A stretch of DNA of 64,000 nt from Oscillospiraceae bacterium (GTDB lineage Bacteria; Bacillota; Clostridia; Oscillospirales; Oscillospiraceae), in the NCBI GenBank assembly GCA_017535865.1, contig JAFXTM010000059.1:40336-104335 (forward strand). The letters are read 5' to 3'. Of this stretch, positions 62,500-64,000 are shown one piece after another; the stretch's first letter is position 1, and each line of letters opens with the position of its first letter. The notes below the pieces were generated by a model. That model made no database searches. It was not told the DNA's origin and worked only from the letters and a program-made list of their open reading frames with translations. A program made the position numbers and the translations under genes.

Positions 62500-63606
62500 A
62501 TGATGAAATTCCTTCTAATATCTCCCAAAAATCGAACGGTCTATAATTTCCGGGGCGATCTGGTTCGGGAGATTCGGAAAAAAGGATATGAAGTGATCGT
62601 AACAGGCCCGGATCAGACCGATGTGGACAAGATCGAGGCGCTCGGCGCTCGCTTTGTTGAGATCCCAATGAATAAAACGGGAACCAGCGTCGTCGGGGAT
62701 CTGAAATACTATTGCTCGCTGCGCGAGTTGATGAAGCAGGAAAAGCCCGACGCGACGCTGGGATACACGGTCAAGCCGGTGGTTTACGGTGCGATAGCAG
62801 CGAAAGCCGCGGGTGTCCGAAACATCAACAGCATGGTCACGGGCGGCGGCTACACCTTTGCGTCGACGTCATGGAAGGCTAAGCTGCTGGGAGTGATCGT
62901 CCGAAATCTCTACCGGATAGGCTTGGGAAAAGCGTCGCATGTCATCTTTCAAAACGCGGACGACAGAAATGAATTCTGCTCCCGGGGATTGGTTAGACAG
63001 AACCAATGCCATGTCGTGAACGGCTCAGGTGTGGACACGGCACATTTCACACCGTCTGCCTATCCGGAGACCGTTACGTTTTTTATGCTGTCCAGGCTGC
63101 TGAAAAGCAAAGGCGTTGCCGAGTACCTGGAGGCGGCGAAAACCGTGAAGGAAAAGTATCCGAACGCTCGGTTTATTTTGCTCGGCAAATACGAGGAAGC
63201 CATGCAGGACGCCATGGATCGACGACTTGTCGAGCAGTTTGTCGGCGCGGGAATCGTGGAGCGTTTTGATGAGACCGCGGATGTTCGGCCCTTCTATGCG
63301 ATGTGCAGCGTCTATGTGCTTCCATCTTATCGGGAAGGGATGCCGCGCACGGTCCTGGAGGCCATGGCGATGGGACGCCCGATCATTACGACGGATACGC
63401 CTGGCTGCCGGGATACCGTGGAAAATGGTGAAAACGGCCTGCTGATTCCATCGAAAAACACTTCAGAACTGGCGGACGCCATGATCTGGTTTTTGGAAAA
63501 TCCGGAGCGGATCTCGCAGATGGGACAGAAGAGCCGTGAACTTGCAGAAGAAAAATTCGACGTCAGAAAAGTAAACGCTGACATGATCCGTTTCATGCAG
63601 CTCTGA
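62500..63606 (+). CDS. Glycosyltransferase family 4 (GT-B)
   Basis: C-terminal EGMPRTVLEAMAMGRPIITTDTPGCRDTVENGENGLL is the GT4 E-x7-E region. Confidence 0.8.
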   Translation: MMKFLLISPKNRTVYNFRGDLVREIRKKGYEVIVTGPDQTDVDKIEALGARFVEIPMNKTGTSVVGDLKYYCSLRELMKQEKPDATLGYTVKPVVYGAIAAKAAGVRNINSMVTGGGYTFASTSWKAKLLGVIVRNLYRIGLGKASHVIFQNADDRNEFCSRGLVRQNQCHVVNGSGVDTAHFTPSAYPETVTFFMLSRLLKSKGVAEYLEAAKTVKEKYPNARFILLGKYEEAMQDAMDRRLVEQFVGAGIVERFDETADVRPFYAMCSVYVLPSYREGMPRTVLEAMAMGRPIITTDTPGCRDTVENGENGLLIPSKNTSELADAMIWFLENPERISQMGQKSRELAEEKFDVRKVNADMIRFMQL

Positions 63607-63619
63607 CAGGGAGGAGCTT

Positions 63620-64000
63620 ATGGGTTATCAGGATGTGGCATTCCCTGAGAACAGTTTATTTCTTGTAACCGGCGGTGCGGGCTTTATCGGCTCAAACCTG
63701 TGCGAAGCGATACTTCGGATGGGATACAATGTACGCTGCCTGGACGATCTTTCGACGGGAAAACAAAAGAATATCGAGCCGTTCCTTGAGGATTCCCGGT
63801 TTGAATTCATTAAAGGCGACATCAAGAATCTGGATACCTGCCTGGAGGCCTGTGACGGCGTGGACTATGTGCTCAATCAGGCGGCGTGGGGCTCGGTCCC
63901 GCGCAGTATTGAGATGCCCGTGTTCTATTGCGCCAACAATATCCTGGGGACGCTGAACATGATGGAGGCGGCCAGGCAGAGCGGCGTGAAAAAGTTCGTC
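63620..64000 (+). CDS. NAD-dependent nucleotide-sugar 4-epimerase (TviC/WbpP-like); N-terminal part only, continues past the window end
   Basis: My own translation from ATG 63620 gives MGYQDVAFPENSLFLVTGGAGFIGSNLCEAILRMGYNVRCLDDLSTGKQKNI... It has the GxxGxxG SDR motif and follows the TviB-like gene. Confidence 0.82.
   Translation, partial: MGYQDVAFPENSLFLVTGGAGFIGSNLCEAILRMGYNVRCLDDLSTGKQKNIEPFLEDSRFEFIKGDIKNLDTCLEACDGVDYVLNQAAWGSVPRSIEMPVFYCANNILGTLNMMEAARQSGVKKFV

Noticed and set aside
1-64000. rRNA, tRNA, tmRNA, CRISPR arrays, prophage blocks and IS elements.
   Set aside because: All intergenic regions longer than 100 nt were read: 788-921, 1123-1385, 3487-3936, 9103-9514, 15841-15977, 29888-30032, 30759-30949, 38562-38801, 40146-40330, 41357-41814, 49396-49731 and 60888-61110. 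They contain promoters, terminators and leaders, but no cloverleaf-like tRNA sequence, repeat-spacer array or recombinase.

Overview
Chromosomal window from a GC-rich, endospore-forming Firmicute, most likely Clostridia (inferred from cotJ, an alpha/beta SASP, spoIIGA-sigE and PolC; no species call is possible). Nearly all of it is coding.

Gene order, start to end:
- Spore genes: cotJC, a fused cotJA-cotJB, and a SASP; then trxA.
- A two-subunit aconitase-X dehydratase and a ChvE/GguAB-type sugar ABC transporter.
- A LysM wall protein, a NusG-II/Gx/PrsW/MATE block, and spoIIGA-sigE.
- The conserved block pyrH-frr-uppS-(alkD-like)-dxr-rseP-ispG-polC.
- A CotH kinase lipoprotein, then ftsEX with an M23 peptidase and a Ctp protease, then greA-lysS.
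- An accessory stretch from about 38.6 kb to the window end.

The accessory stretch holds:
1. A lone, visibly more AT-rich gene encoding a CAP12/PF10137-type TIR-like domain fused to an all-helical domain. This is a candidate single-gene defence or NADase module.
2. A 1531-aa VWA/pilin-like surface protein with no sorting signal.
3. A small Gly/Asp-rich protein whose N-terminus matches the lasso-peptide leader motif. A strong hairpin follows it, then a translationally coupled cassette: HprK-like kinase, PqqD/RRE, small membrane protein, PF14907 nucleotidyltransferase. No lasso cyclase or leader protease lies in the window. This is my best candidate for an undescribed peptide/protein-modification system.
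4. An exopolysaccharide locus headed by an MsbA-like ABC exporter. It includes a CpsB phosphatase, two tandem fused Wzz-BY-kinases, a priming transferase, an aldolase plus 2-hydroxyacid dehydrogenase pair, an acyltransferase, an EpsG polymerase and TviB/GT4/TviC-like genes.

Also notable: the essential polC is interrupted by a single in-frame TAG at 25182-25184, although TAG is a normal stop elsewhere in the window.

I found no rRNA, tRNA, CRISPR array, transposase or integrase. All calls rest on reading the supplied translations and DNA motifs by eye; no database search was run.
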